DNA of 64,000 bases from Candidatus Micrarchaeota archaeon. Its GTDB lineage: Archaea > Micrarchaeota > Micrarchaeia > Anstonellales > Bilamarchaeaceae. The DNA is taken from contig JBDRLQ010000003.1 of assembly GCA_043812915.1 (NCBI GenBank), positions 128,047 through 192,046 on the forward strand, written 5' to 3'. Shown here piece by piece: positions 39,114 to 48,159 of the stretch. A program made the position numbers and the translations under genes. Each line of letters begins with the position of its first letter. The first letter of the stretch is position 1. The notes under the pieces are model-generated. The model searched no databases and was not told the DNA's origin. It saw only the letters and a program-made list of their open reading frames with translations.

Positions 39114-40942
39114 CTCTTTTCAGGCAGTTCCTGTATGAATCTTGAGGGCTCGAGCTCCTCGAAGGTGTAAAACTTCCCGCTGGTCTTAGGATAGCTCATG
39201 ACGAGCTTTTTCCTTGCCCTGGAGGCGGCCACATAGAACAGCCTCCTCTCCTCATCAAAATCAGTCGCCCTGCCGATAGGGAGCATACCGTCAGCAGCGC
39301 AGATTATGTAAACAGAATCCCATTCAAGCCCCTTTGCCTGGTGGATTGTTGAAAGTATCGTCTGGCTCGCCCTCTCCTTTGGCCGGACCTCATCCAGTGA
39401 GAAAGAGCTAAGGAAGTCCCCAACGCTCTCGAATCTGGAGGCTGTCCCAATCAGCGCTTCGATGTCCGACTGCCTCTCCTCCCAGTTGTCGAACTCATTC
39501 TTCATGTAATCCCTGTAGAACTGCTCATAGAACCGGTCAAGCATGCCAGCAGCATTCCTTCCTTCTGAGAATATCCCCCGGAGCATCTTGGCCAGCCCGC
39601 CGCCCTTCTTCTCTATTGCGGCAAGCGCCTTAACGGCATCCTCAGCAGTCCCAATATCATCTGCCGCGCTCTCGGCCTTCTTCCCCCCTATTCCGGGGAA
39701 AAGAGTGAAAAGCCTCAGCACTCCGGAGGAATCGAGAGGGTTCTCAAAGACTTTAAGCAGGGCAACCATGTCCTTCACATGCTTCTGCTCGAAGAATTTC
39801 ACCCCTCCGCGCAATTCATACTGGATTCCCCTCTGCGTAAGCTCTGTTTCCAGCTCTGCAGCAAAATACGCCGCCCTGAACAGAACCCCGACAGTCCTGC
39901 CTTCCTTGAGGTCCTTCTCAATCATGCCGGCAATGTTCCAGGCCTCATCAGCCTTGTCATCCAGCCCGATGAGCGCAGGCAACTCACCTTCAGAGCCAAT
40001 CGCGTTGAGTTCCTTCTTCATTCCCTGTCCGCTCTGTTCCATGCACCCGTTCACGAGCCCAACGATGCTGGAGGTGCTTCGGTAATTGGATTTGAGGTAA
40101 TGCACCTTTGCCCCGAACTTGTCCTTGAATTCGAGGATATTGCGGATTTCTGCCCCCCTGAACGAATAGATGCTTTGGAAATCGTCCCCGACCACCATCA
40201 GGTTCTTTCCATCAGCGTATAGAAGCTCGAGAATCTGCGCCTGCAGCCTGTCAGTATCCTGGAACTCGTCAACAAGTATGTTGGCGAACCTTCTCTGGTA
40301 CCCCTGTCGCACACCCTCATTCTCAGAGAGCAGCTTCCAGGCAAAAAGAAGCAAGTCATCGAAATCAAGGGCGTTCATCCTTCTCTTGTTCATGGTATAT
40401 GCGGAGGCAATCTTCCCAACAGTCTCATCATACTGCCCCCTGAAGAGCACGAACTCACTGTCATTTTCGATGATGTCTGAAACCGGCTGCATCCTGAGCG
40501 TTGAAAGGGATATGATCCGCCTCACCATGGAGATTATGTTCTTCTTGGTGCCGGCACCGCACTCGGCAACTACCGCCTTCTTGAGCGCCTGCATGGCATC
40601 CTGCTCATCCAGGATTGTGAAATTGCTCTTCAGGCCGACGCGGTCGGCATGTTTCCTAAGAAGAAGATTCGCGAAATGATGAAACGTGCCGGCAGTAATC
40701 CTGTCAGCGTCATCCCCTATGAGCTTCCTAGCCCGCTCTTTCATCTCCCTGGCGGCCTTGTTCGTGAAAGTAAGAAGGAGCACGCTCTCAGGGGCCGCTC
40801 CCTGCCCGAGAATCCTGCAAATCCTGAAAACAACTGTGCGGGTCTTTCCTGAGCCCGGCCCGGCAATCACCAGCGTGGCTCCATCCCCGTTAAGCACAGC
40901 CTCGGCCTGCTCGCTGTTAAGTTCCTTCCTATAGTCCACCAT
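39095..40942 (-). CDS. UvrD/Rep/PcrA-family superfamily 1 DNA helicase
   Basis: 615 aa: LNSEQAEAVLNGDGATLVIAGPGSGKTRT (Walker A), ILVDEFQDT (DExx), VGDDFQSIYSFRGA and TIHQAKGLEWDSV. Confidence 0.8.
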   Translation of the reverse strand: MVDYRKELNSEQAEAVLNGDGATLVIAGPGSGKTRTVVFRICRILGQGAAPESVLLLTFTNKAAREMKERARKLIGDDADRITAGTFHHFANLLLRKHADRVGLKSNFTILDEQDAMQALKKAVVAECGAGTKKNIISMVRRIISLSTLRMQPVSDIIENDSEFVLFRGQYDETVGKIASAYTMNKRRMNALDFDDLLLFAWKLLSENEGVRQGYQRRFANILVDEFQDTDRLQAQILELLYADGKNLMVVGDDFQSIYSFRGAEIRNILEFKDKFGAKVHYLKSNYRSTSSIVGLVNGCMEQSGQGMKKELNAIGSEGELPALIGLDDKADEAWNIAGMIEKDLKEGRTVGVLFRAAYFAAELETELTQRGIQYELRGGVKFFEQKHVKDMVALLKVFENPLDSSGVLRLFTLFPGIGGKKAESAADDIGTAEDAVKALAAIEKKGGGLAKMLRGIFSEGRNAAGMLDRFYEQFYRDYMKNEFDNWEERQSDIEALIGTASRFESVGDFLSSFSLDEVRPKERASQTILSTIHQAKGLEWDSVYIICAADGMLPIGRATDFDEERRLFYVAASRARKKLVMSYPKTSGKFYTFEELEPSRFIQELPEKSYRKGA

Positions 40943-40954
40943 GAGAATACCGGA

Positions 40955-41689
40955 TCATACTTCGAAATACTCGAGCGATATCTTGGTTACCGTGATATTC
41001 TTGTTAACCGCGATTTCCTGGAGGTCCGTTCCACTCTCGAATCCGACTGGCTTTCCGCTCACCCAGAAGTATGCCTCCCCATTCGGGTCAAACTTCTTTG
41101 TTACCTGGGTGTCGAACCTCTTTTTCTGAAGGTTCTTTGTCATCACCATCTTCGGGCTGGTAAGGTCGTCCGGAAGGTTCACGCTGAAGAAGCTGTCAGT
41201 CTCCATCCCGTTCTTTGTGAGCTTTTTAGAGACCTCAAGCACAAGCTTCTTCATCTTCTTCAGATCCCCCCATGAAGCCTTGTCCCTCCAGTCACGGTGT
41301 GTGGTATATCTGGAGAATCCGATACCTGGAACCCCCTCAAGGATTCCCTGCCAGCACGCCCCTAGCGTACCTGAGCCAAGAAGCGGCCCAAGCCCCGCGT
41401 TGTCCCCCCAGTTTATCCCAGAGAGAATCATATCAGGCTTCTCTACCTCTTTTGAATAGCAGGCAAAGAGCACGCAGTCGGCCGGGGTGCCGTTTATCTC
41501 ATAAATGTCCTTCTCCCTTTTATGCAGCCTGAGCGGCTTGTGGAGGGTCAGCGCTCCTGAAACCGCGCTCATCTGCTTTGCCGGAATGACGGCGTAAGCG
41601 TCCCCGAGCTTCCTGGCGACTTCCATCAGCACCTTGAAGCCCTCACTGTATCCGTCATCGTTGGTGACAAGTATCTTCATTAAGAGCAC
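40955..41689 (-). CDS. surE: 5'/3'-nucleotidase SurE
   Basis: MKILVTNDDGYSEGF...SGINWGDN is the SurE signature. The likely start is ATG 41680. Confidence 0.8.
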   Translation of the reverse strand: MLLMKILVTNDDGYSEGFKVLMEVARKLGDAYAVIPAKQMSAVSGALTLHKPLRLHKREKDIYEINGTPADCVLFACYSKEVEKPDMILSGINWGDNAGLGPLLGSGTLGACWQGILEGVPGIGFSRYTTHRDWRDKASWGDLKKMKKLVLEVSKKLTKNGMETDSFFSVNLPDDLTSPKMVMTKNLQKKRFDTQVTKKFDPNGEAYFWVSGKPVGFESGTDLQEIAVNKNITVTKISLEYFEV

Positions 41690-42994
41690 CTACGGATGCA
41701 GCCTCGTCCTATCCCTTGGGAACAGCATGCACTCCCTGATATTCTCCTGGTTGCAGATTTTCATTGTGGCCCTCTCAAGCCCGATGCTCCATCCTGCGTG
41801 CGGCGGCGCCCCCATCCTGAACGCGTCTATGTAGAACTCGAAGTCATTCGGGTCAAGCCCCCTTTTCTTGAGCTGCCTCTCAAGTATTGCGGGAATGTGG
41901 ATACGCTTTGCACCGCTTGCAAGCTCCATGCCCTTGTACATAAGGTCGAAGGCATGGCAGACATTCTCGTCCTTTTCATCAGGCATGGAATAGAATGCGC
42001 GGATCTCGGTCGGCCAGTCGTAGATGAAGTAGATGTCCTCACCAAGAAGCTCGTACATCTTCTTTTCGGCTTCCCTTGAGAAGTCCTCCCCCATCTCAAT
42101 CTTGTAACCTGCGGCCTGCAGCTTCTCAATCAGTTCCTTGTAGGTGTACCTTGGAATCTTCTTTGGAATGCTTATCTCATTGCCCATTTTGGCAATCTCG
42201 GGCCCGGCCTTCTCCTTCACCCTTGCCAGAATATGCAGGAACACCTCCTCAAGCACGCCCATTGCGTCCTCATGGTCCGCAAATCCCATCTCCACATCCA
42301 TCTGGACTATCTCATTGAGGTGTGATGTGGTATTGTGCTTCTCCGCGCGGAAGACCGGCACGGTCATGCTGACCTTATCGAAGCCCCCGACCACTGCAAG
42401 CTGCTTGTAAAGCTGGGGCGACTGCACGAGGAACGCCTTGTTCTCGAAGTACTGTATCGGGAAGACGTCTGCCCCGCCTTCTGTTGCGGCGCCGGTAATC
42501 GCGGAAGGATGGATCTCAATGAATCCGAGCTCTGCCAGCTTCTCCCTGAACGCCCCTGCTATTACGGCTTTCGCCTTGAAAATAGTTGAAATATCCTTCT
42601 TCCGAAGGTCAATGTACCTGAAATCCAGCCTGGTGTCGAGCTCTGAAGGCACCTTCCCTGTCGGATCGACCGGGAGCTTCCTCTCGACCTTGCCCAGGAG
42701 CTCGAAAGAAGAGGGCACCAGTTCAACGCCATCAGGTGAAATCTTGTTCTCCCTAAGCTCCCCCTCGAAGGAAACCACATCCTCCTTGTTCACCTGGACG
42801 GCCTCGAGCAGCGCATCATCCACAACGCCTTTCTTCATGGTAACCTGCATGATGCCCGTGATGTCCCGAAGGTGTACGAACTTGAGCTTTCCAAGATCCC
42901 TAACGTCATGAACCCAGCCGGCAATCTTGACCTTCTTGCCGGTTCCGGTCTCCTTCTTTGCCTCTTCAACATAATGACTTCTGTTCATTGTCAA
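41690..42994 (-). CDS. aspS: Aspartyl-tRNA synthetase (archaeal-type class IIb)
   Basis: 434 aa. The N-terminal OB anticodon-binding domain reads VKIAGWVHDVRDLGKLKFVHLRD. Class II motifs are present (FRAEKHNTTSHLNE, GMELASGAKRIH, GAPPHAGWSIGLERATM). Confidence 0.9.
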   Translation of the reverse strand: MTMNRSHYVEEAKKETGTGKKVKIAGWVHDVRDLGKLKFVHLRDITGIMQVTMKKGVVDDALLEAVQVNKEDVVSFEGELRENKISPDGVELVPSSFELLGKVERKLPVDPTGKVPSELDTRLDFRYIDLRKKDISTIFKAKAVIAGAFREKLAELGFIEIHPSAITGAATEGGADVFPIQYFENKAFLVQSPQLYKQLAVVGGFDKVSMTVPVFRAEKHNTTSHLNEIVQMDVEMGFADHEDAMGVLEEVFLHILARVKEKAGPEIAKMGNEISIPKKIPRYTYKELIEKLQAAGYKIEMGEDFSREAEKKMYELLGEDIYFIYDWPTEIRAFYSMPDEKDENVCHAFDLMYKGMELASGAKRIHIPAILERQLKKRGLDPNDFEFYIDAFRMGAPPHAGWSIGLERATMKICNQENIRECMLFPRDRTRLHP

Positions 42995-43103
42995 TCAGCC
43001 TCTGCAGAACCGAAAATTCTTATTCATTCTAGTTAGTACAATAACCGTTTAAATACATCCCGTATCCAGCCTTTTTTCTGCCCTGCCCGCGAAATCTCTC
43101 TCC

Positions 43104-43116
43104 GATATAATAAAAA
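43104..43116 (+). promoter_or_regulatory. TATA-box-like element (gatataataaaaa) upstream of leuS
   Basis: Its centre is about 30 nt upstream of ATG 43141. Confidence 0.45.
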
Positions 43117-43140
43117 CCCTTTCCAGCTAATACCGACGTT

Positions 43141-45882
43141 ATGGATGCTAATGCTATTGAAGCGAAATGGCGCAAAAGGTGGGCTGAGGAGAAGTGCTTC
43201 GAGCCAGATCTGGACGCCAGCAAGGAGAAGCGATACATCACAGCGGCGTTTCCCTATCCTAACTCGCCGCAGCACATAGGGCATGGGAGGACCTACACCA
43301 CTGCGGACATCTATGCCAGATACCTGAGGCTAAGAGGCTTCCATGTCCTTTTCCCGATGGCATTCCATGTCACCGGCACCCCAATCCTGGCGATGGCCAA
43401 GAGGATTGCCAAGAAGGACAAGGAAGTGCTTGAAGTATTCGAGAACATCTACGGGATTGACGCCAAAACCGCCGAGTCCCTCACGGACCCCGAGGCCCTC
43501 GTCACCTATTTCTCCAAGGAAATAGAGCAGGGGATGAAGGAAATCGGCTATTCCATGGACTGGAGGCGCAAGTTCTACTCGTTCGACCCTAAGTTCAACA
43601 AGTTCATCCAATGGCAGTTCCGGAAGCTCAAGGAGCTTGGCTACCTGATAAAAGGCGAATACCCCATTGCCTGGTGCCCCTCTGACGGGAACGCGCTCAG
43701 CGCCCACGACACGAAAGGGGACGTGGACCCTGAATTGGAGGATGTCACCGTAATCAAGTTCAGGACCGGAAAGGGCCAGCCTTCACTGGTTGTCACAACC
43801 TACAGGCCCGAGACTATCTACGGGGTTACAAACATCTGGGTCAATCCTGATGCGGAATATGTCAAGGCGGAATACAAGGGAGAGCAGATTTACATCGCCA
43901 AGAAGGCGGCTGAAGTGCTCAATCTGCAGATGAAGCTCAAGATTCTTGGGGATGTGGATGCTGATAAGCTCCTCAGGCTTGAGGCTGAGAATCCGATGGA
44001 CGGCAAGAAGGTGCCGGTGTACGAGGCAAGCTTCGTCAGCCCGGAAGTTGGGACCGGAATCGTGATGAGCGTCCCTGCCCACGCGCCGCTTGATTACCTC
44101 GCCTTGCGCGACCTTGGAAAAGGGGACATGGAGATGCCCCAGGTGCTCTTCCTCAAGGGATACAGCAGCATGCCTGCCAAAGACGCGGTCGAGAAACTGG
44201 GCGTTAAGGACCAGGACGACCCGACGGCCGAGGAAGCAACAAAGGAAATCTACACAAAAGAAGCGCATGAGGGCGTGATGGTCACCGGCAAGTACAAGGG
44301 CCAGAAAGGGATAGATGCCAAGGTGAAGATTGCAAAAGACCTGGAAGAAGCCAACAGCGCATTCCAGATAGTCACCCTGGCAAACGGCCCTGTCTTCTGC
44401 AGGTGCGGAACGCAGGGGGTGGTGAACATCCTCAAGGACCAGTGGTTTATCGACTATGGCCAGCCCGAATGGAAGAAGAAGGCGATGGAATGCCTCGGGG
44501 AGATGAGCACGATACCGGCAAAGACCCGAGATGAGTATGTTTATACCATAGACTGGCTCAAGACCCGGCCGTGCACGCGCGCCTCCGGACTGGGAACGCG
44601 GTTCCCGTTCGATGAGAGCAAGATGATTGAGGCCCTTTCCGATTCAACAATCTACATGGCATTCTATACGATCAGCCATATGCTCGGGGATTTCGAGCCG
44701 GAGGCTCTGGGCGAGGCTTTCTTCGACTATGTGCTTCTTGGCAAGGGAAAGCCCAAGGGCAAGGATATGGAGGCTCTAAGGAAGAGCTTCCTTTACTGGT
44801 ATCCGGTCGATTCCAGGCACAGCGCCGGGGACCTTATCCGGAACCACCTCACGCTCTACATATTCAACCATGTGGGCATATTCGAGAAGAAGCTCTGGCC
44901 CAGGCAGATTGTCACGAACGGATTCGTAACCATGGACGGGGCGAAGATGAGCAAGAGCATGGGCAACATCCTGCCTCTAAGAAAAGCAATCAGGGAATAC
45001 GGCGCGGACGTGGTGCGATTCTCTGTCGTGTGCGGAGCCGACCTTACCCATGACACTGACTTCAACCGGACAGTTGCGGATGGAATGAGGGGAAGGCTGG
45101 CATTCATCAATGAGCTTATTGCCGAGGCCGCCAGGCAGAAGGACGGCAAGGAGCACAGCAGGGCCGACAAGTGGCTTCTCTCAAGGCTCAACCGCAGAAT
45201 CAAGCGCGCCCAGGAGCTCTATGAGCAGGTTGCGATAAGGCACCTCGCCCTCGAGATATTCTATGACCTAATCAATGACCTCCACTGGTATGACAAGCGC
45301 ACCAAGGAAAGGAACCTCCACGGATTCTTCAGGAACTGGGCCGTTATGATTGCCCCGTTCATGCCCCACCTCGCTGAGGAGTGGTGGTCAATGCTCGGTG
45401 GCAAGGGCCTGGTGTCCTTCGCGCAGTTCCCCGAGCCGGATGAGAAACTGATTAGCGATGAGGTGGAGAAGGGCGAAGAGCTTGTCCGGTCTGTCCATGA
45501 GGACATCGATAAGATATCAAAGCTCATCGGAAAGAAGCCAGGGGGTGTGTTTGTGTATGTCGCGGGTAACTGGAAGAGGAAGGCATATGAACTTCTCAAG
45601 AAGGAAAAATCCTTCGACGGCTTCATGAAGGGCGCCTATGCGGATGCGGAGCTCAAGCCCCACATGAAGGAGCTAACCGGCATGGCCAAGCAGCTAATGA
45701 AGAATGTCCATTCCCTGCCTGATATCCTCGGGGCGGAAGAGGAGCTCGCTTCACTAAAGGACGCCCAGATGTTCCTCTCTGAGGAGTTCGGCTGCACCGT
45801 TACAGTGCTCCCTGATTCAGAGGGCAAGCATCCCAAGGCGAAGAATGCCAGCCCGAACAAGCCGGCAATTGTCATCGAGTGA
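43141..45882 (+). CDS. leuS: Leucyl-tRNA synthetase (archaeal type)
   Basis: 913 aa with a HIGH-type PYPNSPQHIGHGRTY, an editing-domain insert and KMSKSMGN. Confidence 0.9.
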   Translation: MDANAIEAKWRKRWAEEKCFEPDLDASKEKRYITAAFPYPNSPQHIGHGRTYTTADIYARYLRLRGFHVLFPMAFHVTGTPILAMAKRIAKKDKEVLEVFENIYGIDAKTAESLTDPEALVTYFSKEIEQGMKEIGYSMDWRRKFYSFDPKFNKFIQWQFRKLKELGYLIKGEYPIAWCPSDGNALSAHDTKGDVDPELEDVTVIKFRTGKGQPSLVVTTYRPETIYGVTNIWVNPDAEYVKAEYKGEQIYIAKKAAEVLNLQMKLKILGDVDADKLLRLEAENPMDGKKVPVYEASFVSPEVGTGIVMSVPAHAPLDYLALRDLGKGDMEMPQVLFLKGYSSMPAKDAVEKLGVKDQDDPTAEEATKEIYTKEAHEGVMVTGKYKGQKGIDAKVKIAKDLEEANSAFQIVTLANGPVFCRCGTQGVVNILKDQWFIDYGQPEWKKKAMECLGEMSTIPAKTRDEYVYTIDWLKTRPCTRASGLGTRFPFDESKMIEALSDSTIYMAFYTISHMLGDFEPEALGEAFFDYVLLGKGKPKGKDMEALRKSFLYWYPVDSRHSAGDLIRNHLTLYIFNHVGIFEKKLWPRQIVTNGFVTMDGAKMSKSMGNILPLRKAIREYGADVVRFSVVCGADLTHDTDFNRTVADGMRGRLAFINELIAEAARQKDGKEHSRADKWLLSRLNRRIKRAQELYEQVAIRHLALEIFYDLINDLHWYDKRTKERNLHGFFRNWAVMIAPFMPHLAEEWWSMLGGKGLVSFAQFPEPDEKLISDEVEKGEELVRSVHEDIDKISKLIGKKPGGVFVYVAGNWKRKAYELLKKEKSFDGFMKGAYADAELKPHMKELTGMAKQLMKNVHSLPDILGAEEELASLKDAQMFLSEEFGCTVTVLPDSEGKHPKAKNASPNKPAIVIE

Positions 45883-45891
45883 CGTGTTCCT

Positions 45892-46911
45892 ATGAAATTC
45901 ATCAGGGTTCCGAGGAGCGAAGGCGAAAGAATCCGCAGGCAACTGATTGACGCGGGGGCGTTCGTCCATGGCTACAGCATTATATCAGGGGAGCAGTTCC
46001 TCCTTTTCCCGGTGAACGTTGAAAAATGGCATGATTATGAGATTGTCGAGCGGGACGCCAAGAAGCTGCCGGAGAAGTATCTCAAGCTCAAGGGCCTGCT
46101 TATGAATTGCCTCACCGAGACAGAGTTGGAGGAGCTCACAACCTCCTACGATGTTATAGGGGACATAATAATCGCCGAAATCCCCGAAGGCCTGGAGGGC
46201 AAGGAGAAGATAATCGCCGACGCGCTCCTGAAGGTGAACCCCTCGGTGAAAGTCGTCACCAAGAAGCTTGGGCCGATGGAAGGGGAATTCCGGGTCCGCA
46301 GGATAAAGGTAATCGGCGGGGAAGGGCGGACAGAAACCGTTTATAAGGAGCACGGCTGCCGGATGAAACTGGATGTCGGCAAGGTGTATTTCTCAGTGCG
46401 CCTTGGAACAGAGCGCAAGAGGATAGCAGAGCTGGTGCAGCCAGGGGAAAAGATACTTGCACTCTTTGCCGGGGTTGGGCCGTTCGCCCTGGTGATTAGC
46501 AAAACCCATCCGGATTCCGAAATAGTTGCAATCGAGCTCAATCCTGATGCCGTGGAATACATGAAGGAGAACATCGCGCTCAACAAGATGGAGAATATCA
46601 CGCCGGTCCTGGGGGATGCGCGCGAAATCGTCATGAAGAGTTATCAGGGCTTTGCGGACCGGATAATCATGCCGCTTCCAAAGAGCGCAGCCCAGTTTCT
46701 GGACGTTGCCATTGCCGGGGCAAAAGACGGCGGGACAATCCACTTCTATACGTTTGATGCCGAGGGCAAGAGCTTTCCGGAAGCCAGGAAAGCTGTAATG
46801 GAAGCGGCCGGAAAGGCAGGAGTGAAAGCGGAATTCCTTAATGAGAAAATTGTACGCCCCTATGCTCCAGGGCTTGTCCAGGTTGTTATCGATTTTAAGG
46901 TCAGAAAATAA
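45892..46911 (+). CDS. tRNA (guanine37-N1)-methyltransferase Trm5 / Met-10 family
   Basis: 339 aa. SYDVIGDIIIAEIPEGL, YFSVRLGTERKRIA and the SAM-binding ILALFAGVGPFALVI, IELNPDAVEYMKENI are typical of Trm5/Taw22. Confidence 0.75.
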   Translation: MKFIRVPRSEGERIRRQLIDAGAFVHGYSIISGEQFLLFPVNVEKWHDYEIVERDAKKLPEKYLKLKGLLMNCLTETELEELTTSYDVIGDIIIAEIPEGLEGKEKIIADALLKVNPSVKVVTKKLGPMEGEFRVRRIKVIGGEGRTETVYKEHGCRMKLDVGKVYFSVRLGTERKRIAELVQPGEKILALFAGVGPFALVISKTHPDSEIVAIELNPDAVEYMKENIALNKMENITPVLGDAREIVMKSYQGFADRIIMPLPKSAAQFLDVAIAGAKDGGTIHFYTFDAEGKSFPEARKAVMEAAGKAGVKAEFLNEKIVRPYAPGLVQVVIDFKVRK

Positions 46912-46967
46912 TCGGCCGCTACAGTTTCCTTAATTAACCTTATCTTTGATTTCAAGTCAGTGATTTC

Positions 46968-47300
46968 ATGAAGGCCGAGACCAAGAACAGAGCCATATGG
47001 TTAAACCTGCTCAAGATAGCGTCAGTTTTCTTCTTCATAATCGGATTCGTGATGGTGCTGCTGGACACCCGGTATATCGAAGGAATCCAGTATTTGCTGA
47101 CCGCGTCGCTGTTCATGTTCACAATCCTGTTCATCAGCTATGACCGGATGGAGCTGGACTTTACGAACCCGGAAAAATCCGTTTTCCTGACGCTAGGCTT
47201 CATATTCTCGGTTATCGGCCTGAATATGAATCTTGGAATCTGGGCGCTTGGAATCGCCTTCTTTGTTACTGGCACGTTCAATGGCAGCAAAAAAGCCTAG
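46968..47300 (+). CDS. Hypothetical small membrane protein (about 4 TM)
   Basis: 110 aa with four hydrophobic segments. Its 3' end overlaps the convergent protease gene by 4 nt. Confidence 0.4.
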   Translation: MKAETKNRAIWLNLLKIASVFFFIIGFVMVLLDTRYIEGIQYLLTASLFMFTILFISYDRMELDFTNPEKSVFLTLGFIFSVIGLNMNLGIWALGIAFFVTGTFNGSKKA

Positions 47301-48133
47301 TAGAACCCAAGGAGCATCCCAAGGAGCAGGAAGACAATCATCCCGGCGACTATTGGAGGCAATGCGGGCAGGACCATCTTCTTTTTCCACACAATCCCCA
47401 GGAAGAGCGCCATCGATATCAAGGACCCTATGAATACGAACGCGGTCGCGACAGGGTTGAATGCCAGAGTGGACACTTCCAGCATTATCGGGGCAATCAG
47501 GTCTCCTGTCCCAAGGTCAATCCGCTGCTCTTTCTTTCCAGGGAGTTTTTCTCTTGCGGTAATCGTGAACGCTAAGTCCTTCTTGACTACATAATCGGCA
47601 AGCTCCACCATGTGCTTTGTGAAGAAAACTGCCGAATAATCATAGATTGAGAGCAGGATGAGGAAAAGTATCAGCGGGATCAGCCCGAGGGATACTCCGA
47701 AAACGACACCCACCCCTGCAGTTGCCAGAATAACAGCGAAGTTCTTGAGGCCTGGCCTGAAAAATTTAGCGGCGGATAGGGCAAGCCCGAACAAAATGCC
47801 TGCGAGCATGCTTACCTCGAATCCGAAGGCAAGCCTAAGGACAGAGTAGAAAACTATTGAGGAAGCCCCAGCGATGAGGACTATCTCAAGGAACCTGAAT
47901 ATCGCCGGAAGCTTGAGCAGCCGGATTGCCAGAATCATGCCGATTGCGCCCGCAAGAATATACGCGATGAAGAACACCGCGTTCGCAGGGTCATCCGCAT
48001 CGGAAGTGACTATGAGGGCATTGACATAAGGGTTCTCCATGATGTCAAGCAGCACAATGACTCCGGTGAAAATGCCGACAACCTGGGCGAGGATAAACAA
48101 AAGGAGCAATTTGTCCACGAGCTTCATCATCAC
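47297..48133 (-). CDS. Presenilin/signal-peptide-peptidase family (A22) intramembrane aspartyl protease
   Basis: 278-aa polytopic protein carrying the YD motif (LSIYDYSAVF), the GxGD motif (LGTGDLIAP) and the PAL motif (LPALPPI) in the canonical order. Confidence 0.75.
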   Translation of the reverse strand: MMMKLVDKLLLLFILAQVVGIFTGVIVLLDIMENPYVNALIVTSDADDPANAVFFIAYILAGAIGMILAIRLLKLPAIFRFLEIVLIAGASSIVFYSVLRLAFGFEVSMLAGILFGLALSAAKFFRPGLKNFAVILATAGVGVVFGVSLGLIPLILFLILLSIYDYSAVFFTKHMVELADYVVKKDLAFTITAREKLPGKKEQRIDLGTGDLIAPIMLEVSTLAFNPVATAFVFIGSLISMALFLGIVWKKKMVLPALPPIVAGMIVFLLLGMLLGFY

Positions 48134-48159
48134 AATCCTCCGACAAGGTATAAAAACCG

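Noticed and set aside
47297-48133. Considered whether this GxGD protease is the missing prepilin peptidase of the pilus locus.
   Set aside because: The YD...GxGD...PAL motif order and about 9-TM layout fit the presenilin/SPP (A22) family, not the FlaK/PibD/EppA (A24) family. It is also 4 kb away and separated by MCM and apgM.
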